Shown here piece by piece: positions 31,522 through 40,952 of a DNA stretch of 64,000 nt. Where the stretch lies: contig JACQFF010000070.1 of the NCBI GenBank assembly GCA_016200205.1, positions 10,692 through 74,691 of the forward strand, in the 5' to 3' direction. Source of the DNA: Planctomycetia bacterium. GTDB lineage: Bacteria > Planctomycetota > Planctomycetia > Pirellulales > PALSA-1355. The notes beneath the pieces are model-generated. The model was given only the letters and a program-made list of their open reading frames with translations, had not been told where the DNA came from and did not search any database. Position numbers and translations under genes: made by a program. How positions within the stretch are numbered: position 1 is the first letter of the stretch; every line of letters begins with the position of its first letter.

Positions 31522-31624
31522 GAGGGGTTCTCCAGGGGTCGGGAATCGTACCCCAATTGTAGGCGGCTGGGCCTGCGGAGAGAATCGCGACGGCGCGGGT
31601 GGGTGGAGTGTGGACTAATTCGCG

Positions 31625-33715
31625 CTATTTCGCGGCAGCCTCTTCGAAACGGGCGGCCATTTCGGCGAATTGTTTGGCTTCTTTCAATTCGCCGAGCTGC
31701 TCGTGCATGCTGGCCAGGTTGCTATAGGGCACGGCCAGGGCGGCCTTGGTGAGCAGGCCCTCACTGGCGGCCTGCTCCATCAGTTTCGCCCCCTGGTCGG
31801 TCAACCGCACGGCCTCCTGGCGATTGTTCACCTCCCAATAGGAAACGGCCATGCTTACAAAGGCTTCGCCGTGCCGCCCAGGGTCCACCGCGGCGCAACG
31901 CGGCACGGGGCTCTCCAACAGCGGCACCGCGGCATCGAACCAGGTGACCGCCTGTTTGTGATCGGCGCGCTCGACGCTGAAAATCGCGCCGAGTCGGAAA
32001 CAAAGCTTGCCTCGAATGTAATCGTGCGTGGGAAGTTCCCGGCCCGACGGGTCGCCGAGTTGGAAATTCTCGAGCGCCAATTTACCGAGCTCGAGGGCCT
32101 TGTCGGGGCGATGTTGAGTGGTTTCGATTTCCATCGCGTCGCACAAGGCCACGCCCAGGCGCCAGGCAATCTGCGCCTTGTAACCCGTATCGCCGGGTGC
32201 AGCGAGAATCTTGGATCCCGTTTCCGTCGTGCCGCGAATCCACTTGCTCGCCTCCGGCGGCGTGCCGATGCCCGTCAAGGCCGCCAAAGCCCCTTCGTGC
32301 ACGCGCAACTGAATTTCCAACGAACCCCGTTCGCGAGACACGATTTCGTCGGCATACGTGGTGGCGCGCTCGATCCATTTCGGCACCACGTTGGATTTGT
32401 GCTGCCAGCGGCCCCAGCCAACGTCGCGCGCCAGGGCCAAATTCGCCTCGACCAACAGCTCTTTTGCGGCTCGTCGCACGACAACCGTCGGGCTGCGAAG
32501 GAGCGATTCGGCCAATTTGACACTATCCATGTGGTGTTTGAGCGCTTGCTGATAGTCTCGCTCCGGCGCCGCCGCCACGCAGTCGCCCAATTGACAGTAA
32601 GCCTTCGCCACGACGATGGGCGCCGCTTTGCTCGACTCGACCAGGTCGCGCAATTGCCCGATCGCGTGCGGATAATCGCCGCCGGCGGACAGTACTTTGG
32701 CCATCGTCAAGCGGTATTCCAACTCGGCCGGCTCCAGATCGATCGCCTTCTGGGCCGATTTTAGCGCTTGCTGAAGCTCGCCCGCTTGAAGCGCCAGCCG
32801 GGCGTGCAACCAGTGGGCGCGGCCCCCCTGGGGCGCCAATTGCAGTGCCTGCTTGATATCGGCCAGGCACTCGGCATATCTCGACGGCAAACGGAATTCG
32901 GCTCGTGCCAGAAAGGACTGCGCGTCGATCGGCTCGATGACCAATTGAAACACGTGCGGCGGATCCGCTTTCGGCGCGAAGCCGACGAGCACGCCTCGCT
33001 CGGGATAGGCCTGGCCCAAGAGCTGCCCCTGATCGTCAAAAACTTGCACCGGCTCGACGCCTTCGAGTTGCAGCCGCTTTGCGACTTTGTCGAGAACGAT
33101 TGGCTTCTCCAGGCGGATGGCCATGGACTGGACAAGGTTCTCCACGATCGTGACGCGCACGCGATCGAAGGGCTCGATTCCGAACGTTTCGCGTGCTCCG
33201 CCGGCGATTTTTTCGACGGTTTTGGGCTTTCCCCAGCTGGCGTGCAACTCTTCGCGCGTCGTCTTCCCCGGTTGAATCCCCTTCATGCTCGCCGCATCGA
33301 TATTCTTTTCGGCGGCAGGGGTCTCGGACCGGGCGGCGGTCAGCAAGCCGGGCTGAGCAGATTTTCGCGCAGCGGGTTTTTCCGATTTCCGCTCGCTGGG
33401 CAACTCGGCCGGCGCGGCGGGATCTTGGTTGAGCTGCGCGGGCTCATGCTCGGATGGATCGTCCGGCGCCGTGAGATCTCGGTCGTCCGATTCCGCCATA
33501 TCGGGCAAGAGCGGCGGCGGATCGTCGGCGTCAGCCGCACTGGAATCGGTCAGGCAGCCGTCGGCCGAGGGTTCATCGGCCTCGCTGGCCTCGACCCCTG
33601 GTTGCTGTTGCGATTCGTCCTGGCGGGCGTGGGCCCAGGCAGCAGCCGGCAATGCCGCCAACAGGCCCATCGCGAACCAGCTCCACGCTTCGCGGCCACG
33701 CACGGCAAAACGCAT
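31625..33715 (-). CDS. secreted TPR-repeat protein with acidic low-complexity N-terminal region
   Basis: ORF 31625..33745 trimmed to MRFAVRGREAWSWFAMGLLAALPAAAWA (signal peptide). A D/E/P-rich linker is followed by repeated A/L/Y-rich helical pairs (..ALQLAPQGGRAHWLHARLALQAGELQQALKSAQKAIDLEP..). Confidence 0.7.
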   Translation of the reverse strand: MRFAVRGREAWSWFAMGLLAALPAAAWAHARQDESQQQPGVEASEADEPSADGCLTDSSAADADDPPPLLPDMAESDDRDLTAPDDPSEHEPAQLNQDPAAPAELPSERKSEKPAARKSAQPGLLTAARSETPAAEKNIDAASMKGIQPGKTTREELHASWGKPKTVEKIAGGARETFGIEPFDRVRVTIVENLVQSMAIRLEKPIVLDKVAKRLQLEGVEPVQVFDDQGQLLGQAYPERGVLVGFAPKADPPHVFQLVIEPIDAQSFLARAEFRLPSRYAECLADIKQALQLAPQGGRAHWLHARLALQAGELQQALKSAQKAIDLEPAELEYRLTMAKVLSAGGDYPHAIGQLRDLVESSKAAPIVVAKAYCQLGDCVAAAPERDYQQALKHHMDSVKLAESLLRSPTVVVRRAAKELLVEANLALARDVGWGRWQHKSNVVPKWIERATTYADEIVSRERGSLEIQLRVHEGALAALTGIGTPPEASKWIRGTTETGSKILAAPGDTGYKAQIAWRLGVALCDAMEIETTQHRPDKALELGKLALENFQLGDPSGRELPTHDYIRGKLCFRLGAIFSVERADHKQAVTWFDAAVPLLESPVPRCAAVDPGRHGEAFVSMAVSYWEVNNRQEAVRLTDQGAKLMEQAASEGLLTKAALAVPYSNLASMHEQLGELKEAKQFAEMAARFEEAAAK

Positions 33716-33879
33716 GACTGAGTTCCTCCTTGAACCGTCATCCACGAAACTGCGGGCGGACTATCGTTTCGGCCCGACGCCAAGGGCTATTCAACCGGGT
33801 GAGAAAACTGAAGCCTCGCCTGGAAAATAGCGGCTGAGTATGACGCTCGCGGGCCTTTGCGCCTAGGCCAACGGGCGTG

Positions 33880-35037
33880 CTAGCAAGCGTCGCCCCACGA
33901 CTCGGCTCGCGCGAGCAGTTGGCGGGCCGTTGCCGGATCACGAGCCGCAAGCGCCGCGCGGATTTGCTCAAGACTGCGGACCTGCGTCGCGGTAAACGGC
34001 ACCGCCGCTCCGCGAGCGGGCACTTGCGGAACCAGACGCGTGGCAATTTCGCGCTCCATTTCATGGATTCCCTCGCCCCGTAGTGCGCTGACATACAATC
34101 CCGGCGGCCGGGTGCCGGGCGTGGTATTTGCGGTGAGCAAATCGCATTTATTGAACACGCGCAACGCCTCCGGCCAACTGCTGGCAAGCCCTTCGTCATC
34201 CGCCGACCAGTTCATGCCGGCATCGAACACGAGGACTGCGAGATCGGCCGCAGCCAGTGAATTTTGCGTCAGTCGAATGCCCGAGGCTTCCAGCGGATCG
34301 GCGCTGACATGCAGCCCGGCGGTATCGGCCAATTGCACCGGCCAGCCGTCGACAGCGGTCGCCGCAGTGACCACGTCGCGCGTTGTGCCCGGCGTATCGT
34401 GCACGATTGCCCGTCTGTAGCCCAACAGTGCATTGATCAAACTACTTTTGCCCACGTTGGGCCTTCCGGCCAACACGACCTGCCATGGCGTAACCAAATG
34501 GCGGCCCAAAGCCGAGTAGTCGAGGAGGGTATCGACGCCGCATCTGGCCTGCTCCGGCTGGCCCGCGTCGAGTTGGGCGGCGATGGCATCGAGGGCCCGC
34601 CGCAGCGCGCCAGTCGATTGGTCCCATAGAATAGCTGCCGTGCGTTCGGTGGTGGCATCGGCCAGGGCGATTTGCGCGGCTGCCTCGATGGGGTCGCGGG
34701 TCGATTCGGCCATCCACTGCCGCCATGGGACGGTGCGGCACCCGCGCTCGGTAAGCGAAGCGCTGATCGCCGCCGCCGCCGCCCGGCCACCGTGGCAATG
34801 AATCTCGATCCCGGTGTCACGGCGGCAGACGACCAACTCCTCGCCTACTTCGGGCGATTGCCAGCGGCCAAAGACGATTTTTCCGCAGGGCTCCTCCGCG
34901 AGCGATCGGCGGCTGGCGGGATGAAATAACTCGCCGACGACCTGGAGCGCCAAGGGACCCTCGACCAGCAGGCTGGCCACGGCTCCGCGCCCCTCGGGCG
35001 TCAACAACACGACCTGGGTTAGGGGCCGGGGGCTCAC
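33880..35037 (-). CDS. MnmE/TrmE-like GTPase (short form)
   Basis: 385 aa. N-terminal fold like MnmE (..LLTPEGRGAVASLLVEGP..EIHCHGG..), G1 LAGRPNVGKSSLINAL, G2 PGTTRD, G3 DTAG, and G4 NKCD. The GTG start overlaps the coaX stop (GTGA). Confidence 0.65.
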   Translation of the reverse strand: MSPRPLTQVVLLTPEGRGAVASLLVEGPLALQVVGELFHPASRRSLAEEPCGKIVFGRWQSPEVGEELVVCRRDTGIEIHCHGGRAAAAAISASLTERGCRTVPWRQWMAESTRDPIEAAAQIALADATTERTAAILWDQSTGALRRALDAIAAQLDAGQPEQARCGVDTLLDYSALGRHLVTPWQVVLAGRPNVGKSSLINALLGYRRAIVHDTPGTTRDVVTAATAVDGWPVQLADTAGLHVSADPLEASGIRLTQNSLAAADLAVLVFDAGMNWSADDEGLASSWPEALRVFNKCDLLTANTTPGTRPPGLYVSALRGEGIHEMEREIATRLVPQVPARGAAVPFTATQVRSLEQIRAALAARDPATARQLLARAESWGDAC

Positions 35038-35837
35038 CGCGATTCCTTATTTGCCGTGGTGCCCAGCGCCGTCAGCGCAATGCCGGCCAAGGTCAGATGC
35101 GGCACGAATTCGATCGGCCCCGGGCTGACTTCGCCCAACACCACCGCAAACAGCGGCGCACCGCCGCCGGTCAAGAAGACCTGCACCTCGGTCGGACCCT
35201 CGGCCAGCCGGACCATCACTTCGCGCACCGCGCCGACTGTTCCCCAAAACAGGCCCGAGTTGATCGCGGCCAAAGTCGATTTGCCCAGCGGCTCCGGCCG
35301 CTCGGTCACGTCGACCAGCGGGAGCAAATCGGTGAGCTCGTGCAGGGCGCGAGCCGACATGCCCAAGCCGGGAAGAATCGCCCCACCGACAAAAGCGCCA
35401 TTCTGGGCGATCAAATCCACCGTGATCGCGCTGCCGATGTCGATGATGATCGCGGGCTGATTTTCGCTGCGCAGCCGATTAGCCGCCACCGCGTTGGCCA
35501 GCCGATCGAGGCCTACCAGGTCGGACCGGGGTAGATCGATCTCGAGCGGCAGATCGGCATCGGTCAACAGTTGGATGCGTGGCACCTTGCGTGCTTGCAG
35601 CCACTGGACGAGCCGTTTGGCCGCCGGGCGGTTTACGCTGGCAATCGACCAGGTGTATTTGGCCGGATCGTGCGGCAGCCAGCCGTCGAAATCGCCCTCC
35701 GCCCAATCGAGGTCGATCGCCAGGGCCCGAACCGGATGCGGCAGCGGCTCGGCCAAGGGATGCTCGAAATCACCGAGCTTGATCCGGCAATTGCCCACAT
35801 CGACCGCCACCAGCGGAAAAGATTGAGAGTTTGCCAT
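35034..35837 (-). CDS. coaX: type III pantothenate kinase
   Basis: 267 aa. Motifs: LVAVDVGNCRIKLG, IIIDIGSAITVD, GGAILPG, and FLTGGGA (ASKHA-fold CoaX motifs). Confidence 0.85.
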   Translation of the reverse strand: MANSQSFPLVAVDVGNCRIKLGDFEHPLAEPLPHPVRALAIDLDWAEGDFDGWLPHDPAKYTWSIASVNRPAAKRLVQWLQARKVPRIQLLTDADLPLEIDLPRSDLVGLDRLANAVAANRLRSENQPAIIIDIGSAITVDLIAQNGAFVGGAILPGLGMSARALHELTDLLPLVDVTERPEPLGKSTLAAINSGLFWGTVGAVREVMVRLAEGPTEVQVFLTGGGAPLFAVVLGEVSPGPIEFVPHLTLAGIALTALGTTANKESR

Positions 35838-35941
35838 GCGGCGGACTGTTTAAAAGGGTCTTTGGTGGAATCTGTGGGTGATTTTTCGTTGGTGATTGTT
35901 GGCCATGGAATTATTTAGCGGCTGGTCGGATAACGCTGCTG

Positions 35942-38248
35942 TCAACGATCCTTGTTCGAGAGCGTGACAACTTCGACGTGCGGTGGCCCAGCCGCAAGTG
36001 TAATTTCGCGAGTGTACAATCGCTGCCCACCAGTGCCGATGACATCCAACGTGTAGAGGCCGGGTGGCAATCGGTCGAATTCAAATCGTCCGCCAGAATC
36101 TTGCAGATCGGCGCTGAAATAGTCCTGCGCGGCCGTGCTGAGCCGCACGTAGCCTTCCGCCACGAGCTTGTCTGCAATTCTGACTTCACCCATGAGCACG
36201 GCCGCCGGTTCAAGTGTGATAGTGACCTGTTGAGCCCCGCCAGTCCAACGGACTCGCTGGCGTGCGTATCCCGAAGCGGTGACCAGAAGGGTTCCATCGG
36301 AGCATGCAGGCTCGTCGAAGACGGCTGTGCCGGTTGAATTGCTACGTGTGCGGGTTGCCCATAGGTCGTGGTAGCCCCAATTGAACTGCCGGAAATCACT
36401 TTCATCCTCCAGCAGGGCCACTTGCGCATCAACAATGGCATCTCCGGATTCGTGGTCGCGAACTTGAACGGCGAGGGGCGTAAACGGCTCCAATGGAATC
36501 GTAAGATCCTCGGCCGCCGAAAGCTGATCGAGCGGCTCGGCCTGGACGCGATCGAGTACCGCTCGGCCGACGCCAGGCGAGCTGACAATCAGCCGTGTCC
36601 AAGCGTGAGCACCGACGCCGGTCAGCACGAAAACTCCATCGTCGCGCGTATAGGTGACTCCGTACCAATCAAACCCCGCGTAGTAGCCCCCGACCTGTTC
36701 GTTCTGGTCGCGAACTCGCGGAATCATCACGCGAATCTTGAAATTGCGGAGGGGGTTTCGTTGCGCGTCGAGTACAAGTCCGCGAATCGCGCCACCGGCG
36801 TGCAACTGAATGTCGTTCATATCAGCCGACTTCAATGTCACGTTCCGCTGTTCCGAATAACCGTCCTTGAGGATATCGAACATCACTCCGGCGACCGGTA
36901 GCGCCTCGATGCGGAATTCGCCCTCTTCGTCGGTATCGACGCTGCGTTCATTGAGCCAGATTGCGTTGCAAAAGCCCGTTTCGGAGCAATGGACAAGAGG
37001 GATCACCTGCACCCCGGCGATGGGCTTTCCCGCAGTGCCGCGAACGACACCACGCACGCTTGCGCCACGCGACAGTTGTACGTCTCTCTCCGTTTCTCCG
37101 GTTTGCACTGGGACGAACTCAGGAGCGAATCCGTCGGCCACGACCATGATCGCTCCGTTCCCTTCTGGGACGCGTGCCAATTCGTATTTGCCGCCCAGTC
37201 CTGAGCGCGTACTCGGTACCGACGGATCCCACAAAAACGTTCCCCAGCGAACGGTAACACCCTCGACCGGCTGTCCCTTGTCGTCTTGTACGACGCCTTC
37301 GATCGTGCGGCGAGGCAGTTCGGTTGTTGGCTCTGTGGCGGCAGCAGTCTCGGCATGCTCCGATTTGTTTGGCGCAGCCTCATGCCCGGAGATTCGGGCT
37401 AATCGAAGATCTCGCTGGATGATTTGCGTCGGACGAGCCACTTCCGACGAGACGGACTGTGACCGATAACCAGGCGCTTCCACTGCAATACTGTAAAACA
37501 GACGCTGGGCCGACAATCCCCCATATTCATATGATCCGTCAGCGGCGCACCGTTCGTCCCAGCCGTTGAGTGTCAGCGCGGTACCACTTGAAGCGCGGGT
37601 AATGTAGGCGCCTGACACAGGCCGCCCCTGTTCATCGAGAACGTGTCCCTTAACTATGGCACCTCGTGGCAGTCGCAACTCTAATTCCGTCTCAGGTCTC
37701 AGTGTCGTATCGAAAAGGACATATTGCCGCACCCGACCGGCAGAGACGGGAATCAGCGAATGGTCTCGCGTTTCCAGGCCAGTAAGCTCGAAATCTCCGT
37801 GATTATCACTGGTCAAAACCTCGCCCGTATCAAGAAACAGGCGCGCGCCAACAATCGGGCCGCCATCCTCGTCTCTCAAGACCTTTCCGCGCAACCGTCC
37901 ACCCCGCCGCAGCCGGATCAAGAGCGGCGGCAGCGTTTGCCCGCGAATTTCCGCGGACTTGCCGTCCGAGTCTGCCGCGCTGGTGAGGACGGCGCCCTGC
38001 ATTTGCCAGCGCACGGCCAGAGCGTAGCGGGTCGATCCGTGCGTTTCTTCCAAGTCCAGGGCAAACGCTCCCTTTTTGTCGGTCGTCGTCGTCAACCTCA
38101 CGGGCGGCGAGTGAAAAATTGCGGCAACACTGACTGTTGCGCCCGTAGCAGGCGTTCCCTCATCCGTGAGGACCACGCCAGTTAATTGTTTCGCGCCTGC
38201 GATTGAAGCCAGCAGCAAAAGCGACCCAAGGGCGACGAAGGCACGCAT
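35942..38248 (-). CDS. secreted protein with multiple carboxypeptidase-regulatory-like (CarboxypepD_reg) beta-sandwich repeats
   Basis: ORF 35942..38326 trimmed to MRAFVALGSLLLLASIAGA. About 8 repeats of the pattern G.V.D..G.P..GA.V......T..DG.F.L..L..G.Y. Confidence 0.7.
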   Translation of the reverse strand: MRAFVALGSLLLLASIAGAKQLTGVVLTDEGTPATGATVSVAAIFHSPPVRLTTTTDKKGAFALDLEETHGSTRYALAVRWQMQGAVLTSAADSDGKSAEIRGQTLPPLLIRLRRGGRLRGKVLRDEDGGPIVGARLFLDTGEVLTSDNHGDFELTGLETRDHSLIPVSAGRVRQYVLFDTTLRPETELELRLPRGAIVKGHVLDEQGRPVSGAYITRASSGTALTLNGWDERCAADGSYEYGGLSAQRLFYSIAVEAPGYRSQSVSSEVARPTQIIQRDLRLARISGHEAAPNKSEHAETAAATEPTTELPRRTIEGVVQDDKGQPVEGVTVRWGTFLWDPSVPSTRSGLGGKYELARVPEGNGAIMVVADGFAPEFVPVQTGETERDVQLSRGASVRGVVRGTAGKPIAGVQVIPLVHCSETGFCNAIWLNERSVDTDEEGEFRIEALPVAGVMFDILKDGYSEQRNVTLKSADMNDIQLHAGGAIRGLVLDAQRNPLRNFKIRVMIPRVRDQNEQVGGYYAGFDWYGVTYTRDDGVFVLTGVGAHAWTRLIVSSPGVGRAVLDRVQAEPLDQLSAAEDLTIPLEPFTPLAVQVRDHESGDAIVDAQVALLEDESDFRQFNWGYHDLWATRTRSNSTGTAVFDEPACSDGTLLVTASGYARQRVRWTGGAQQVTITLEPAAVLMGEVRIADKLVAEGYVRLSTAAQDYFSADLQDSGGRFEFDRLPPGLYTLDVIGTGGQRLYTREITLAAGPPHVEVVTLSNKDR

Positions 38249-38329
38249 GGTTGGAGATCCTTTTTCGTCGAAAATGACCAAAGTAAAAAAGATGGGAGCT
38301 GGTATCCTCGGTGAGGGGCGTCTCACGGT

Positions 38330-39328
38330 TTACGTTTTGTTGCGCTCATCCAGAGCGCGGATAATGGCGCGCAGCAACTGGTCCAAACCTTGGCCGGTCA
38401 CGGCGGAAATGGCAAGCACATCGTGCCCCAATTCACGAACCAGCCGCTGGCGCACGTCGCTGGCCCCGGGCAGTTCGGCTTTGGTCAGCACGAGGATTTC
38501 CGGGCGCCGCGCCAACTGAACATCATACTGCCCCAATTCGCCGCGCACGACCCGCACGTTTTCAACCGGATCGCTGCCATCGGCCGGCAGTGGTTCGACA
38601 AGGTGCACCAGGATGCCTGAGCGTTCGATGTGCCGCAGAAATTCGTGCCCCAGTCCGGCTCCCAAGTGGGCCCCTTCGATCAGTCCGGGAATGTCGGCCA
38701 TCACGAACGAGCGATCGGCGCTGACCTGCACGATGCCCAGGTTGGGAAACTTGGTGGTGAACGGATAATCGGCGATTTCGGGTCGCGCCCGTGACAGGCG
38801 GCCCAGCAGCGTGCTCTTGCCTGCGTTGGGTTTTCCGATCAAGCCCACGTCGGCAATGACTTTCAGTTCCAGCGTGAGCAATCGCGATTCGCCTTCGCTG
38901 CCGGGGGTATGTTCGCGGGGAGCGCGATTGGTTGAAGTCTTGAAGCGGAGATTTCCCTTGCCGCCACGTCCGCCTAGCGCGGCCATGACGCTTTCGCCGG
39001 GTTTGGCCAGATCTTTCAACACGTGGCTGGCCTGGGCGTCCATCACCAGCGTTCCCAGCGGAACTTCGATCACCAGGTCGCTGCCGTTGCGGCCATGGCA
39101 ATTGGAACTGCCGCCGCGCTGGCCGCCTTGGGCGTGCCAGTGTTTCTTTTGCGAAAGGGCGGCCAGGCTGTCGACCCCCGCAGCCGCGACGATGATCACG
39201 CTGCCGCCATGGCCGCCGTCTCCGCCGTCAGGACCGCCGCGTGGAACGTACTTTTCGCGGCGGAAGCTGAGGCAGCCGTCGCCGCCCCGCCCGGCTTCAA
39301 CTTCGATAGTGACCCGATCGACAAACAT
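38330..39328 (-). CDS. obg: GTPase Obg/CgtA
   Basis: ORF 38330..39505 trimmed to MFVDRVTIEVEAGRGGDGCLSFRREKYVPRGGPDGGDGGHGG (Obg fold). G1 GKPNAGKST, G3 DIPGLIEGA. Aligns along its full length to E. coli ObgE. Confidence 0.9.
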   Translation of the reverse strand: MFVDRVTIEVEAGRGGDGCLSFRREKYVPRGGPDGGDGGHGGSVIIVAAAGVDSLAALSQKKHWHAQGGQRGGSSNCHGRNGSDLVIEVPLGTLVMDAQASHVLKDLAKPGESVMAALGGRGGKGNLRFKTSTNRAPREHTPGSEGESRLLTLELKVIADVGLIGKPNAGKSTLLGRLSRARPEIADYPFTTKFPNLGIVQVSADRSFVMADIPGLIEGAHLGAGLGHEFLRHIERSGILVHLVEPLPADGSDPVENVRVVRGELGQYDVQLARRPEILVLTKAELPGASDVRQRLVRELGHDVLAISAVTGQGLDQLLRAIIRALDERNKT

Positions 39329-39506
39329 GGCGATGACAATTGGCCGCGAAGGCGACAATCTAATTGAGGCGAAATCCGCCGCTCGGCGAGAGACAGCCAC
39401 GACAACAAAAAAGGGGTCGCCCACTTTCGGGCCACCCCCGCGGAAGCACTTGCCAGCGAGCGCGCGAAGCGCACAGGCACGGCGGCTCGGCTGGAAACAA
39501 CGCACG

Positions 39507-39755
39507 TTAGGCCGCGCCGACCACGTTGATCCGGCGCCCTTCGCGATCGAACTTCACAACTCCATCGACCAGGGCGAAGAGAGTGAAGTCGGAACCTTGG
39601 CCGACGCCGTGGCCGGGGTGAAACTTGGTGCCGACTTGGCGAATCAGGATGTTGCCGGCGCAAACTTTCTCGCCGGCGAATTTCTTGACGCCGCGCCGCT
39701 GACCGTTCGAATCGCGGCCGTTGCGGCTGGAGCCTTGTCCTTTCTTGTGTGCCAT
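39507..39755 (-). CDS. rpmA: 50S ribosomal protein L27
   Basis: ORF 39507..39794 trimmed to [44 protein letters not shown], the canonical L27 sequence. Confidence 0.95.
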   Translation of the reverse strand: MAHKKGQGSSRNGRDSNGQRRGVKKFAGEKVCAGNILIRQVGTKFHPGHGVGQGSDFTLFALVDGVVKFDREGRRINVVGAA

Positions 39756-39833
39756 GTTCCAACTCTCCGCCGGCCGAGCTGCGCCGGGAATCATAAACTG
39801 TGCGCTGGGGAGAAATCCGACAAACTCATAAAT

Positions 39834-40805
39834 TTATCGGTAAACCCAACTGTAGTCAACCTTGCCTGGGATGCCGTAGCGGATGATCCGCTGGTCCTCG
39901 ACATATTCGTCGCCGGGCCGCCAAAAATTGAGCAGCAGCGTCTTTTGCGTAAGCACGCGGCCCTTGCCCGGGGGATCGCCTTTCTTGAACGCCTCCGGCG
40001 GATCGACCCATTGATAGGCATTGCTCAGGCCCTGCACCGAGACGGAGAAGAAATCGACCCGCGGATCGATGTCTTCCCAGGTCGCGACGCCCCACACGCT
40101 GTGGTCCACCAGATCGGTGCTCACGGGAATCAGCTTGCTGCAAATTTCCACGGTATTGAGCAGCTTGCGGTTCGGATCCTCTTTTTGCTCGATGGCACCA
40201 ATGGCCACCGGGATCAGCCGATCGAGATAGGCCTTTTTATACTCCGGGGCTTCGAGCACGAATTGCGGCAAGAAACGCAACTCGCGGTCAAAAGGTTTCA
40301 GTACATAATTGCCATCGGATTGTCTGACTGGTCTGAGATGTTTGCCGGTGTTTTTGACATGATAGACCATGTACCAAATCAGTTTTCGCTGCATCTTGCC
40401 GCTGGGCTGCGGCACGTCGACCCACAGCATCCGCACCGGCTTGAACGTGAACTCGAGACACCAGATATCGCGGCGAAAAACGGTCTTGGTCGACATCGCC
40501 TGCAAAGTGTGGGTAATGGACGACAATTTGGGCGTCCAAGCAAGGTCCGGAATGCCGTGTAGTACCTCGACGATATCATGCGTGCTATAGGTCTCTTCTT
40601 CTTGCCTATCGGCGGCGATCGTCACTTCGACGCCCGGCACGATGGGCCGGAACGGCCCCGATTTGCCCTTCGAGGCCGAAGCCGGCGCGACTGTCAGATT
40701 GGCCGTTTCGGCCGCGGGAAGCGTCGCGGTTTGGTAGGTCAGCAACCAGCCCAAGATCAATCCGGCAACGACCGACTCGCCTCGGTTTAGCAACATGCGG
40801 CGCAT
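39834..40805 (-). CDS. hypothetical protein with N-terminal signal/anchor
   Basis: ORF 39834..40874 trimmed to MRRMLLNRGESVVAGLILGW. Protein-like composition, W/Y-rich, and host-like GC3. I recognise no family. It occupies the position upstream of rpmA. Confidence 0.6.
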   Translation of the reverse strand: MRRMLLNRGESVVAGLILGWLLTYQTATLPAAETANLTVAPASASKGKSGPFRPIVPGVEVTIAADRQEEETYSTHDIVEVLHGIPDLAWTPKLSSITHTLQAMSTKTVFRRDIWCLEFTFKPVRMLWVDVPQPSGKMQRKLIWYMVYHVKNTGKHLRPVRQSDGNYVLKPFDRELRFLPQFVLEAPEYKKAYLDRLIPVAIGAIEQKEDPNRKLLNTVEICSKLIPVSTDLVDHSVWGVATWEDIDPRVDFFSVSVQGLSNAYQWVDPPEAFKKGDPPGKGRVLTQKTLLLNFWRPGDEYVEDQRIIRYGIPGKVDYSWVYR

Positions 40806-40952
40806 GCAAAGCTTCTCTGTTTCAGCTTGGTAGGCAACGAAGCGACGACACCGAAAAGCGCGAACGAAAGACATGGGCTCTCGGCTGGCGGCCCAGCCGT
40901 GGAGCGAAAGTTCCTCGGAACTTTTGAGTATAGTTGGGTCTAGGTCCCAACG

